Source: Candidatus Latescibacterota bacterium (GTDB lineage: Bacteria > Latescibacterota > UBA2968 > GCA-2709665). From it: a stretch of DNA of 64,000 bases. The notes under the pieces are model-generated. The model was given only the letters and a program-made list of their open reading frames with translations, was not told the origin of the DNA and did not search any database. The DNA is taken from contig OZ242358.1 in NCBI GenBank assembly GCA_965208835.1, positions 448,001-512,000 of the forward strand, read 5' to 3'. Numbering within the stretch: the first letter of the stretch is position 1; every line of letters begins with the position of its first letter. Shown one piece after another: positions 47,827 through 57,752 of the stretch. A program made the position numbers and the translations under genes.

Positions 47827-49811
47827 GGTGTTGTACCGCCGTTCAACCGCTGCACAATCGCCTCCACGTCGTAGACGCATCCCCCCCAGGTTCCGCCGCC
47901 CACGTTCTGAAGGGCCGCCCAAAGCCGGGTGTCGTCGGGCAGGTCCGCGTCTGGCGCCAGATCGGACCGCGAGGGCCGGTCCTCCAGAATGCGGCGACCC
48001 TCTTCGGGACCAAAACGGGTCTCGCCCACACCAACAAAGTGGATGCTGCCGGAAAGCTCCTTCCGGTCGATTACAATCTCCACGACGTCACCGTCCACCA
48101 GCTTGCCGATCGGGCCCCCGGCCAGCGCCTCCGGTCCGATATGACCGATGCAGGCTCCGGTAGAAAACCCCGAAAAACGCGCGTCCGTGAGAACGGCGAC
48201 GTGTTTCCCGAAGTCCAGGTACTTCAACGCGGTGGTGATTTGTGCGATCTCCTCCATCCCGGCGCCCATCGGGCCGCGGCCGATCAACACCATGACGTCT
48301 CCCGGCTTTACGCCCTTCGGACCGGAGTCCTTCAGCGCGGCGGCAGCCGCCCTCTCGGTGGTGAACACTTTGACCGGGCCGGTTATCCGGTAGATGCCAT
48401 CTTCGTCGACAACCGTCGGGTCGATTGCCGTACTTTTCACCACGGACCCTTCCGGCGCGATATTTCCTGTGGGGAAACAGACGGTGCTGGTCAGCCCCCT
48501 CGCACGCGCGCGGCCCGGGTCCATGATCACGTTGTCAGGGTCGACTCCGTCCTGATCGCGCAGCGCCTGCCTGAACCTGACTCGCCGTTCGGATCCCTCC
48601 CACCAGTCCAGGTTTTCGCCCAGCGTTCCTCCGGATATCGTAAGAGCGCCCGTTTCCAGCAGCCCCAGTTTCCGCAGGTGCAGCATGACTTCCGGAACGC
48701 CGCCCGCCAGAAACGCCCGGACCGTGGGGTGGAACTCCGGACCGTTGGGCAAGACGTCGACCAGCCGCGGTACCTGCCGGTTCACGTGGCTCCAGTCGGC
48801 AACGGTAGGCCGGGAGCGCCCGGCCGCATAAGCGACAGCCGGAATGTGCAGGAGCAGGTTTGTGGATCCGCCGAACGCGGCATGCGTGACCATCGCATTT
48901 TGAAGAGCGGCATCGGTTATCACGTCGGCCGTGGTGTGTCCGGCGGCCTGCATCGCGAACACCGCACGGGCGGAACGGAGCGCCATATCCAGCCAGACCG
49001 CCTCACCCGAAGGCGCAAGGGCTGTATGGGTGAGCGCAAATCCCAGAGCTTCGGCCACCACCTGTGAAGTGGCCGCGGTACCCAGAAACTGGCAACCGCC
49101 CCCGGGCGTTGCACAGGCCCGGCAGCCCAGATCCTGCACATCCGAAAGCGACATCTCTCCGTGCGCCAGCCTGACGCCGACCGACTGGATCTTGCCGGCG
49201 TCCTCCCCGTCTTCCGGCGGAAGCGTCACACCGCCCGGAACGATCGCGGTGGGCAGCGAATGCATCGCTGCCAGCGCGATCATCATCGCCGGCAATCCCT
49301 TGTCGCAGGTTGCAACGCCAATCACGCCTTTCCGCGTGGGAAGCGATCGGACCAGGCGCCGGAGCACGGTCGCCGCGTCATTGCGATAAGCCAGGCTGTC
49401 CATCATCCCCGTCGTGCCCTGCGTACGTCCGTCGCAGGGGTCGGAGCAGTACCCCGCAAAGGGTATACCGCCCAGGCGGTGAATCTCCAGGGCGGCCTCC
49501 CGCATCAGCAACCCGACTTCCCAGTGTCCGGTGTGGTATCCGAGCGCGACGGGTCGTCCGTCCGGTTCGCGGATTCCCCCCATCGTACTCAGGATCAGGA
49601 CCTCGGGCCGGCCCAGTTCCGCAGGATCCCATCCCATGCCCGCATTCTGGCTATAACCGAAGATATCCCCGCTGGGTGACTCAACCACCAGCTCTTCGGT
49701 CAGGGAAATCAGCCGGCCTTCGGGTCCCGGCGCGCGCGTTCGGACCTCAAAGACCGATTCGTCTCCCGACTGCAGTACTGATTGCGGGGATGGATTGCTT
49801 ACGTCAGGCAT
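47823..49811 (-). CDS. yagF: YjhG/YagF-family sugar-acid (D-xylonate) dehydratase (IlvD/Edd)
   Basis: [46 protein letters not shown]. Confidence 0.88.
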   Translation of the reverse strand: MPDVSNPSPQSVLQSGDESVFEVRTRAPGPEGRLISLTEELVVESPSGDIFGYSQNAGMGWDPAELGRPEVLILSTMGGIREPDGRPVALGYHTGHWEVGLLMREAALEIHRLGGIPFAGYCSDPCDGRTQGTTGMMDSLAYRNDAATVLRRLVRSLPTRKGVIGVATCDKGLPAMMIALAAMHSLPTAIVPGGVTLPPEDGEDAGKIQSVGVRLAHGEMSLSDVQDLGCRACATPGGGCQFLGTAATSQVVAEALGFALTHTALAPSGEAVWLDMALRSARAVFAMQAAGHTTADVITDAALQNAMVTHAAFGGSTNLLLHIPAVAYAAGRSRPTVADWSHVNRQVPRLVDVLPNGPEFHPTVRAFLAGGVPEVMLHLRKLGLLETGALTISGGTLGENLDWWEGSERRVRFRQALRDQDGVDPDNVIMDPGRARARGLTSTVCFPTGNIAPEGSVVKSTAIDPTVVDEDGIYRITGPVKVFTTERAAAAALKDSGPKGVKPGDVMVLIGRGPMGAGMEEIAQITTALKYLDFGKHVAVLTDARFSGFSTGACIGHIGPEALAGGPIGKLVDGDVVEIVIDRKELSGSIHFVGVGETRFGPEEGRRILEDRPSRSDLAPDADLPDDTRLWAALQNVGGGTWGGCVYDVEAIVQRLNGGTTP

Positions 49812-49860
49812 GAAAACTCCTCAATTCAGCGCAGACGCCTTGTTGCGTACCGCTCGTCGT

Positions 49861-50631
49861 TCATTCCAGGCCCATTGCTTTCAGATTCCGGAGACTGATG
49901 CCAAGGCTCTCGAACGGGTCCCCCTGGCACGTGTCCTGCTCCACGATGTACCACCGGGTGCCGGCCGCCGTACACGCATCCAGAATGGCCGGCCAGTTCA
50001 GGTTGCCCTCGCCCACCTCTGCGTAGAGCTGCTCCCGGCCGCGCATGGCCATGTCTTTCACGTGAACCAGGTCCGCCCGGCCGGCGGCCTTCCGAATCCA
50101 CGCGGCGGGGTCCCCGCCTCCGTGCTGTATCCAGTAGGTGTCGATTTCGAGCTGGAAGGTCTCGGGGTCGCTTTCTTCGAACAGGATCTGCAGCCCCGTT
50201 CGATCGCCGAATCGCTCCAGTTCGAAACTGTGATTGTGATACCCGAACGTGAGTCCGGCCGCCGCGAGTTTTCGCGCGACACCGGATGCCTCGCGGGCAA
50301 ACCGCCTGTAACCTTCACCGCCGTCTTCGCGATAACTCTGGGGAAGCCCGCCGATTGCCGGGTATCTGCACCCCCACAACAGGTGTTCGTCGATCACAGC
50401 CTGGGTTTCATCCCTCATGCGTTCGTAACTGGTGTGGGTGGCACAGATCTCGAGGCCCTCGCCATCCGCCAGGTCTTTGAGTTCCCGGGGGCTGATGTCT
50501 CCGAATGCCGACACCTGCATGGCGTCGTATCCCAGCGCCTTCACCTTCTTCAGACTGACCGCGACGTCCGCGGGTGTCTGTGTGAATTCGCGCACCGTAT
50601 ACATCTGCGCAGCCAATACCGTACCGGCCAT
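49861..50631 (-). CDS. Sugar phosphate isomerase/epimerase (xylose-isomerase-like TIM barrel)
   Basis: AQMYTVR, YHNHSFE, EIDTYW, HVKD, IVEQD. Confidence 0.88.
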   Translation of the reverse strand: MAGTVLAAQMYTVREFTQTPADVAVSLKKVKALGYDAMQVSAFGDISPRELKDLADGEGLEICATHTSYERMRDETQAVIDEHLLWGCRYPAIGGLPQSYREDGGEGYRRFAREASGVARKLAAAGLTFGYHNHSFELERFGDRTGLQILFEESDPETFQLEIDTYWIQHGGGDPAAWIRKAAGRADLVHVKDMAMRGREQLYAEVGEGNLNWPAILDACTAAGTRWYIVEQDTCQGDPFESLGISLRNLKAMGLE

Positions 50632-50895
50632 CTTCCGCTCCTTTCCACAATCGCCAAGGCATCACTTATTTGCTCGATTTCAAGTACAAAATACCACAGG
50701 ATCGAGGATCTTCCAAGCCAAGATTTCCTGCCGGGAATCTTGCGTCCTTCCGCGATAGCAGGAACGATTTTTAACTGGTATTTTTCCGAAACCACTGTAT
50801 TTTTAGACCGAAGTTTCCGCTCCCCGCTACCTCCCCCGTATTGCACCATCCTCCCGTTTCAATCGAACCCGCCTCCCTCGCAGAGGAGCCCGTTT

Positions 50896-53160
50896 ATGTC
50901 CGCATTGCAGCACGCGACGTCGCAACAGGAGCGCCGCAACCGCACGCTGCTGGACGGTTCGCGATATCTGTCCGACGCCGTTTCGTCGGAAGTTCTCCCA
51001 ATACACATCGACATCCGCCAGACAAAAACGTTGACGGAAGCGCAGGTCAACCACTTCACCGCCCTGCAGATCGAGGGCGCTCGCACGGCCGTGCGTTCCC
51101 TGGCGTCCCTGGCCGAAATCGGCGAGGCCGACCACCTGGGCGGCGGCATCGGCCTGATTCCGCCATTGCTGCTCACCCTCGCGGTTGTCGACTTCGAGCG
51201 AATCGAATACACCATTGAACACGCCCACACCAGCGTCGGGTATTTCGCCGCGCTTTCCGCCGTCGGATTTGTGGATCCCGACCACGTCGTTACCGACTTT
51301 CGCCGCGGTCTGGATCTTCCCGGCCACGTTTCCTGGCTGCCGGGAGGCACGCAGATGAACGGCGGACGCTTGGGCGTGATGATTCCCGTTGCGGTTGGCA
51401 ACGCGCTGGGCAAACGCGGCACGTACGGCGACGGATGCTGGGTTGTCGCCCATTGCGGAGACGCCGGATGGATCTCGGGCCAGGCGTTGAACGGCTTCAA
51501 CGCTGCACACGTTCACGGCGCGCCCATCACGTTTGTAATGGACCGGAACGGCATCCAGCTTTCCGGCAGCACCAGAAGCATTCTGGACAAGGACCCGCGG
51601 TCCATCATCGGCGCAATGGGGGTCGAGATTCTCGAAATCCCCACGCTTCTGGATCCCGCCGGCCTTTTTAGCGCGTACCGCGAGGCGTACGGATTGGCGC
51701 AGGAAGGCCGTCCCAGTCTGATTTATCCGGTCGGCTACCGATCGGGGAACGGAAAACGGATCGACCTGTCGCATTTCGGCAGATATCACGGTATTCTCGA
51801 AGAAGTCGAAGCATTCGCCGGACGGCACGACGTTCCTCTGGATCGGGAGATCTGGGTTCCCGGATCGCTGATGAGCTATAGAGACGTGGAACCCATGCTG
51901 GAGTGTCTCTTTCTCGTGAACGACCTCCCCGGTGGCGCCGGCCACCACGACGGGAGCATGAAGGATCGAGACGCGGCGGACGTACTCGCCAATCCCATGT
52001 TCAGGTCCACGCCCGGCCAGGCGGAAGCGCTGGAGGATCTGAAGTCGCGGCCGTCCCGGAGGGTCACGACCCGCGCGCGGCCGTCCCCGGGAAGCCCCAA
52101 TCTGATATTGCCCGACGGTACGGTGAAGCGTGTCGCATTACCGGGACCGGGTGAGATGAAGAGCGCGCGCGACGGCTCGGAAGCCGGTTACGCGCTGGTG
52201 GCCGAGACCTTTCCGGAACAGGTCTTCGTGGTCAGCTGCGACCTGGACGCTTCCACCAAGCTGGCGAAGGCGCGGAGTCACCTGGCTGAAAACCACCAGT
52301 TCGAGATCAGCATCGAAGAGCAGGCGGCCACGCTCATCGCCAACGGCCTGGCCACCAGTACCCCGAACCCGCAGCTGAACGTGGTGTCCACCTTCGCGGC
52401 CTTCTTCGAAGGCATCGCCCGCGAAGGCTTCGACATGTGGCAGTACCAGCGCAACCTCACGGGCGTAAACGAGGGTCTGAACGTTACGTTCCATCTCTCC
52501 CACGTTGGCGCGTGCACGGGCCGGGACCATTTCTCCGGATGGGGACTGGACTGGATCAACGTGGGGCTCAGCTACCTTCCGTACCTGCACCGATTCTATG
52601 CCCCGGCCGACGCGCGGTCCGCCTTTCTTGCCGTGATCGACCTGGCCGCCAGTTACGGCGGGCATATCATCGGTATTCCCCGCGACAACCTGCCCGTCCT
52701 CGAAAAACAGGACGGCTCCGGCCCGCTCTGGTCAGCGGATGAGGGATGGCAGCCCGTCACACCCCTGCGGTCCTTTGCCGGGGCCCGTCGCGCGATCCTT
52801 GCATTTGGCGCGCCGGCCTTCCTGGCGGCGGAAGCCGCTGACATCCTGAACGAGCGGGGCGAAGCCGCGGACGTGCACGTCGTCAACGGACTGCCCCTGC
52901 CGGCCGGGCGCCTGGAATCGTTGGTTTCACGGTATACGGGGGGAGTCGTCACCGTCGAAGACGGAAAGATCGGCACGCCCGACACCGGATTCAGGGGTTT
53001 TGCGGGCCTGGTGGCCACCGCGGCATCGTCCTCGGGCATTGCCCATGCGCACGTGGGCCTCACAGATCCGAAAATCGCCCCTTCCGACGGGCATATGGAG
53101 ACCTGGGCGCACTTCGGCATCACCACCGGCGCGCTGGTCGATGCGGTTGATCGTCTGTAG
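50896..53160 (+). CDS. Divergent single-chain transketolase-like TPP enzyme
   Basis: DHLGG, EHAH, LPGH, GDAG..DRNGIQLSG, DLDASTK, ISIEEQ, STFAAF, SHVG; GAGGAG RBS. Confidence 0.8.
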   Translation: MSALQHATSQQERRNRTLLDGSRYLSDAVSSEVLPIHIDIRQTKTLTEAQVNHFTALQIEGARTAVRSLASLAEIGEADHLGGGIGLIPPLLLTLAVVDFERIEYTIEHAHTSVGYFAALSAVGFVDPDHVVTDFRRGLDLPGHVSWLPGGTQMNGGRLGVMIPVAVGNALGKRGTYGDGCWVVAHCGDAGWISGQALNGFNAAHVHGAPITFVMDRNGIQLSGSTRSILDKDPRSIIGAMGVEILEIPTLLDPAGLFSAYREAYGLAQEGRPSLIYPVGYRSGNGKRIDLSHFGRYHGILEEVEAFAGRHDVPLDREIWVPGSLMSYRDVEPMLECLFLVNDLPGGAGHHDGSMKDRDAADVLANPMFRSTPGQAEALEDLKSRPSRRVTTRARPSPGSPNLILPDGTVKRVALPGPGEMKSARDGSEAGYALVAETFPEQVFVVSCDLDASTKLAKARSHLAENHQFEISIEEQAATLIANGLATSTPNPQLNVVSTFAAFFEGIAREGFDMWQYQRNLTGVNEGLNVTFHLSHVGACTGRDHFSGWGLDWINVGLSYLPYLHRFYAPADARSAFLAVIDLAASYGGHIIGIPRDNLPVLEKQDGSGPLWSADEGWQPVTPLRSFAGARRAILAFGAPAFLAAEAADILNERGEAADVHVVNGLPLPAGRLESLVSRYTGGVVTVEDGKIGTPDTGFRGFAGLVATAASSSGIAHAHVGLTDPKIAPSDGHMETWAHFGITTGALVDAVDRL

Positions 53161-53362
53161 CGGGTTTATGTTCGGATGAATCGCGGAGGTCGGGGAAGGG
53201 GCCAACGAGAGGCAGGCGGGACAGACGGCGCCATCAGGCGCACGTTACATCGGTAGGCGGAAAGAGGCTTCTTTCGCGTGTGTCTTTGTGTGAAACAAGG
53301 AATCCGCAACACGCGTCAGCTTGTCGGTACGACCCGGTTTCCGGACAACAACACTTCCGGCG

Positions 53363-54691
53363 TCAGAAAATCCTGTAGCTCAAGCCCATATTGAAGCTTT
53401 GCCTTGACTTTTCGCCCCTGGCGACGCGAAAGGACTCGGAAAGCGTCATGTTGATTTTGTTTTCGATGTAGAAGCTGAGCGCAAACGCGATATCCGAGAT
53501 GATCTCTGCTTGTCGATCCTCGCGCTTCCTTGCACGGATCGTCTTCAGTGTCGTGAAGCGGATCCTGTTCGTCACCTCGTAGATGAAATCCGTATTCCAG
53601 CGCAGGTTGTAGTCGCTCCCGAAGGTCTTGGAAAACGGCGTATCGTAGTGGAAGTCGGTGTTGATCTGCGTACTCCAGCTGATCGGGTGGGAATATCGAA
53701 AGTTAATCAGCAGGCCGGGCGGCGGGCGGTCCGTATCTTCATAGGGATTCAACACCTGAAACTGTACGCCGGTGGTGATGTCCCATCCGTAGAATCTCTT
53801 GCTGATCTGCTCCTGTGTCAACACTTCCTGTATCCGCACGAGGCCGAATCCGATCTCTTCTCCCAGGACCTTGCGGGACTTCCTGATCTCGGCCAGCATG
53901 TCTTCGAACCAGTAGTTCTCGTACCGGTCACCGTGCTGTTCCTTGTATTCCCTTTCCCTGTCTATTATATGCGCCAGTTCTATCATGGTCTCTTTGGAGA
54001 AATGCTCGCCGATGATGCCCTCCTCCAGGAAGAATTCCTCGATTCTCCCGGCCTTCCGAAGCGCGGTGGCGTCGATAAACCGACCGTGTCCGAAGCCGAG
54101 CGTCATCTCGATGTTGGGACGGTCGTATCCGGAATCCAGGTCCGAGTCCGTGCCCCACGAATAGAACAAGCTGCCCTCGTTCCGGTGGTACTTCTTGAGA
54201 TTCGTCCTCATGGTGGTCAGGGCGTCGCGCTCGTTTTTCTTTGTGATGATATTCTTCCTGATCGAACCCCGGCCGGTTGCGTCCACGGAATAAGCATACG
54301 GCAGCGACTCGTAGAACTTCTTGTATACGACGGTCACGTTGCCATTCTGTACAACGGTTTCGTCACCTTCCGTGACATAGTTGAAGCTGAGCGCGTCCAC
54401 CCGCAGGTTGTGCGCCCGGCTGACCGGCACCACGTAGTCCGTAATCGATACGTTTTGCGCCGTCGCTGCAGAAGCCGTCAGCAGGCAGAGCGCCGCCGTC
54501 CGGACAAGCGCTACCCGGAGGAGAATTTGTACGTATCCCGCCACTGCGCACGGCCAGCCCGCCGGCGCCAGTCTGTGCAGATACGGGTATCTTGCATTAT
54601 AACCTCGTGCCGGACCGCAGCCGGGATCCGCCGGCCGACCCCTATTTGCTTTTTGCAACTGCTCCCGCCTCGCTCCCATTTTTGCTGTCAT
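53363..54691 (-). CDS. Putative outer-membrane beta-barrel protein (start uncertain)
   Basis: Signal-like segment before AQNVSIT; alternating strands; C-terminal MGLSYRIF. Confidence 0.6.
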   Translation of the reverse strand: MTAKMGARREQLQKANRGRPADPGCGPARGYNARYPYLHRLAPAGWPCAVAGYVQILLRVALVRTAALCLLTASAATAQNVSITDYVVPVSRAHNLRVDALSFNYVTEGDETVVQNGNVTVVYKKFYESLPYAYSVDATGRGSIRKNIITKKNERDALTTMRTNLKKYHRNEGSLFYSWGTDSDLDSGYDRPNIEMTLGFGHGRFIDATALRKAGRIEEFFLEEGIIGEHFSKETMIELAHIIDREREYKEQHGDRYENYWFEDMLAEIRKSRKVLGEEIGFGLVRIQEVLTQEQISKRFYGWDITTGVQFQVLNPYEDTDRPPPGLLINFRYSHPISWSTQINTDFHYDTPFSKTFGSDYNLRWNTDFIYEVTNRIRFTTLKTIRARKREDRQAEIISDIAFALSFYIENKINMTLSESFRVARGEKSRQSFNMGLSYRIF

Positions 54692-55467
54692 TTCTCTTCC
54701 CCCCTGTCTTCGTGTAAGGCATCGGCCTTCGATGAATCGGGTGGCTCCATCAAGAACGCTATATCGTCGTAGTCCGCCTTTACGAGTGTTCTTGTGTTGT
54801 CCGAATCCGTCAGCACGGCAACGGCGCCGACGAGTCGCGGATCACTACCGAAAACACGTTTGTAGTCTTCGTATGCGTTGACCTCTTCCCATATCCATTT
54901 GCCTGCATTTTTGCTTCCCGATTGCAGGACGATCACTTTGGTGTTTTCATGTTGCGGGCTCTCCGTCTCGGTACCTGCAGGCAGCGTCGCGCTCCACACG
55001 TACTTGAGTGTCTTGGGAATGAATAATCGACCCTTGAATACCAGCCTTACCGCCGCCGCACTATCGTTCTTCTTCTTTATTGATTCATCCCCACCTTCGG
55101 GAAGCTTGTGCACACGCCAGCGCCACCTGAACTTCTTGAAGACACGGAGGTTGATATTTCTGCCTTTTATTTTCGCAGCACGACCCGCATTGGTGGACCT
55201 GCCCACGGTCTCCGCTCTCAGAAAATGATCGCCGTTCTCAGCCTGAATCGTGTAATACAGGTCCTCTTTCTTCTTTGTTTTCTTGTGGCGCCAGCCCACC
55301 CTTCCTTCCCAATTTCCGGGAAATCGCCCGAGCTGCTCGGGGTATTCGAATGTCTCCAGAACGAGGATGGAATCCCCTGAAGGCGTATGGAACTCCGGGG
55401 GCGGATCACCCGCATACGCCGACGATCCGATCAGGACCCCGATGATGATTTTCTGGAATCGTCTCAT
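54688..55467 (-). CDS. DUF3047-family secreted protein
   Basis: WRWRVHKLP..DSAAAV..LKYVWS..LTDSDNT..YDDI; start reset to MRRFQKII. Confidence 0.75.
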   Translation of the reverse strand: MRRFQKIIIGVLIGSSAYAGDPPPEFHTPSGDSILVLETFEYPEQLGRFPGNWEGRVGWRHKKTKKKEDLYYTIQAENGDHFLRAETVGRSTNAGRAAKIKGRNINLRVFKKFRWRWRVHKLPEGGDESIKKKNDSAAAVRLVFKGRLFIPKTLKYVWSATLPAGTETESPQHENTKVIVLQSGSKNAGKWIWEEVNAYEDYKRVFGSDPRLVGAVAVLTDSDNTRTLVKADYDDIAFLMEPPDSSKADALHEDRGEEK

Positions 55468-55727
55468 AGGAGATTGGGTCAGTTCAACTTCACGGAACGC
55501 CGTGGGAACGGAAAACCGGCAGGGGAATCGACGTTGATCCGGACCACCCGGTTGTAACCCACCGCGTATTCTGAAAATATAGGAAATAGACTCTTCATGG
55601 TGTACAAAAAAGCCCGAAACCACAGCCTTCGGCCCGCCTCGTGGAACAGACATAAAGATACCGCCACGGAACCCATTCCCGTGGCGGTGACGATACCTCT
55701 CTTCACCACAAAGTATCCACTTCTGTG

Positions 55728-56858
55728 CTACGCGCCAAATTCCCGTGCGAATCGGATAAAATCGTTGAACCCGATGCGTCCGTCTCCGTCGAGGTCAAAT
55801 CGGGTTTCAAAATCCACGTCCCCGGCCTCGGAACCAAAGGCCTTTGCAAACAACAGAAAATCGGCAAAGTCCACCTGGCCGCTGCTGTCGAAGTCCGCGG
55901 GCCGTTGCCGGATGCTGACGCTCAAGGCGGGCAGTATGCCCTCACCGTAGTTCCAGCCCGTCCCCCAGTCCACATTCCTCGTTTCCGCATCGACAAGACC
56001 GACGTGATACCAGAGATCGTTACTGTTGTGGGACTGATGCACCTCCATCACGATTCCGTTGCCCAGTGCGACGTTGGGAGCAAGGCCCCTGTCGAATTCC
56101 ATCGCCTCGCCCCAATCGACGATCTTTCGTTCCACGTCCAGAACGCCCACGTTAAACCATAGCCGCAGCCCGCCGATCGACTCATGCATCTCCACCACCA
56201 CGCCGTCGTCCATATCCACGGAGGGCGTCTGGCCGCCGTCGTATACCTGCGCATCACCCCACGCAATAGACTTCGACGTGGTATCCACGGTACCCACATT
56301 GTACCATAGACGTTCGTCCTCTTCGGACTGGTGGACTTCCACGACCATCCCGTCAGACAGCGCCACCGACGGGAACCGCCCCCCATCGAACTTCCCCGAA
56401 ACGCCCCAGACAATCGAATAGGCCGCGGTATCCACGATGCCCACGTGATACCAGAGATTCGTCCCGACATGCGACTGGTGAACTTCCACAACCACCCGGC
56501 CGTCCAGCGCCACCATCGGGTACTGGCCCCCGTCGAACTTTCTACCCCCGCCCCACCGGATCGACTTCGTCACCGCGTCGACCTTGCCAACCTTGTACCA
56601 CAGGTTCGTTCCCTGGTGGGACTGGTGTACCTCCACGGCAATTCCGCCGTCCACGGCAACGGACGGGAACCGTCCGTCGTCGTGCGCCCCCACTTCTCCC
56701 CAGTCGACCGTGCGGGTTGCCGCGTCGATCACGCCGACGCGGTACCGCAATTCCGCCTCTTCTTCCTCCTGGTGCATCTCCACGACCACGTCGGCTGCCG
56801 GAATCGAAATCCCCCAAAGGCACGCGCACAGAAAGATCGTGAATCGAACGATTTGCAT
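55728..56858 (-). CDS. Secreted ~46-aa-repeat beta-propeller with EF-hand/dockerin-like tail
   Basis: Repeats WG....DGG..PSVA.DG..VVEVHQS....LWY.VG.VD; ADFDSSGQVDFADF..DLDGDGRIGFNDF. Confidence 0.8.
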   Translation of the reverse strand: MQIVRFTIFLCACLWGISIPAADVVVEMHQEEEEAELRYRVGVIDAATRTVDWGEVGAHDDGRFPSVAVDGGIAVEVHQSHQGTNLWYKVGKVDAVTKSIRWGGGRKFDGGQYPMVALDGRVVVEVHQSHVGTNLWYHVGIVDTAAYSIVWGVSGKFDGGRFPSVALSDGMVVEVHQSEEDERLWYNVGTVDTTSKSIAWGDAQVYDGGQTPSVDMDDGVVVEMHESIGGLRLWFNVGVLDVERKIVDWGEAMEFDRGLAPNVALGNGIVMEVHQSHNSNDLWYHVGLVDAETRNVDWGTGWNYGEGILPALSVSIRQRPADFDSSGQVDFADFLLFAKAFGSEAGDVDFETRFDLDGDGRIGFNDFIRFAREFGA

Positions 56859-56946
56859 AACGTCACATTTCGGGAAATAGAGAACCGGGTGACGATCGGC
56901 AGTTCCGTAAGATTTGCCTTACCGCGGCCGGATGGAAATCGGGTGC

Positions 56947-57702
56947 CTATTTCAGGCACAACCCTCCGTCCACTTTCAAAATCGTCCCGGTAATGTAATC
57001 CGCGGCGTCGGAACACAGAAACGTGGCCGCTTTCCCAAGGTCCTCGATGGTGGCCAGCCTTCCCCATGGCATGCCTCTTGCCGCCTCCCTGATCTGCTCG
57101 TCCGTGGCGAATTGCCGTTCTCCCGGCGTGTCGGTGTAACCGGGTTCGATCACGTTTGCACGGATGCGATGGGGTGCGAGTTCGGCCGCGATGGTGCGGC
57201 ACATCTGGTTGATGCCGGCCTTGGCCGAATTGTACGGCATGGACGTCGGCATCGGTACGTGCGCCAGCACGGAACTGATGAACAGGATGCTGCCGCCACC
57301 GCCCTGGTCCACCATCTGCCGGGCGCCTGCCTGCGCGGCGTGGAAGCTGCCCCACATACAGACCTCCCAAGTCCGCCGCACAGCCTGTATGGAGAGATCC
57401 AGAAAGGGTTCACGCTTGCTGTAATAGGCATTGGCCACGACGATATCGAGCCTGCCAAAACGGTTTACCGTTGCTTCGACCATCCGGTCCACGGCGCCCC
57501 GGTCCGAAACATCGGCCTGTACGACCAGCGCCTCGCGACCCACTGCACGGACCTCGTTCGCAACGTCCTCCGCGTCGTCAGGATGCGAATGGTAATTAAC
57601 CGCAATATCGGCGCCCGCACGGGCCATCTCTACGGCACATCCACGTCCGATGCCCCTGGAAGACCCGGTTATCAGCGCCGCCTTGCCTGTCATATCAACC
57701 AT
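56947..57702 (-). CDS. SDR family NAD(P)-dependent oxidoreductase
   Basis: TGSSRGIG, ISS, YNSAK, PGYTDT, VDGG. Confidence 0.93.
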   Translation of the reverse strand: MVDMTGKAALITGSSRGIGRGCAVEMARAGADIAVNYHSHPDDAEDVANEVRAVGREALVVQADVSDRGAVDRMVEATVNRFGRLDIVVANAYYSKREPFLDLSIQAVRRTWEVCMWGSFHAAQAGARQMVDQGGGGSILFISSVLAHVPMPTSMPYNSAKAGINQMCRTIAAELAPHRIRANVIEPGYTDTPGERQFATDEQIREAARGMPWGRLATIEDLGKAATFLCSDAADYITGTILKVDGGLCLK

Positions 57703-57752
57703 AAGGACCCTTCCTCTTCAATATAGCCGGCGTAGACTAACGGGACCGACCG

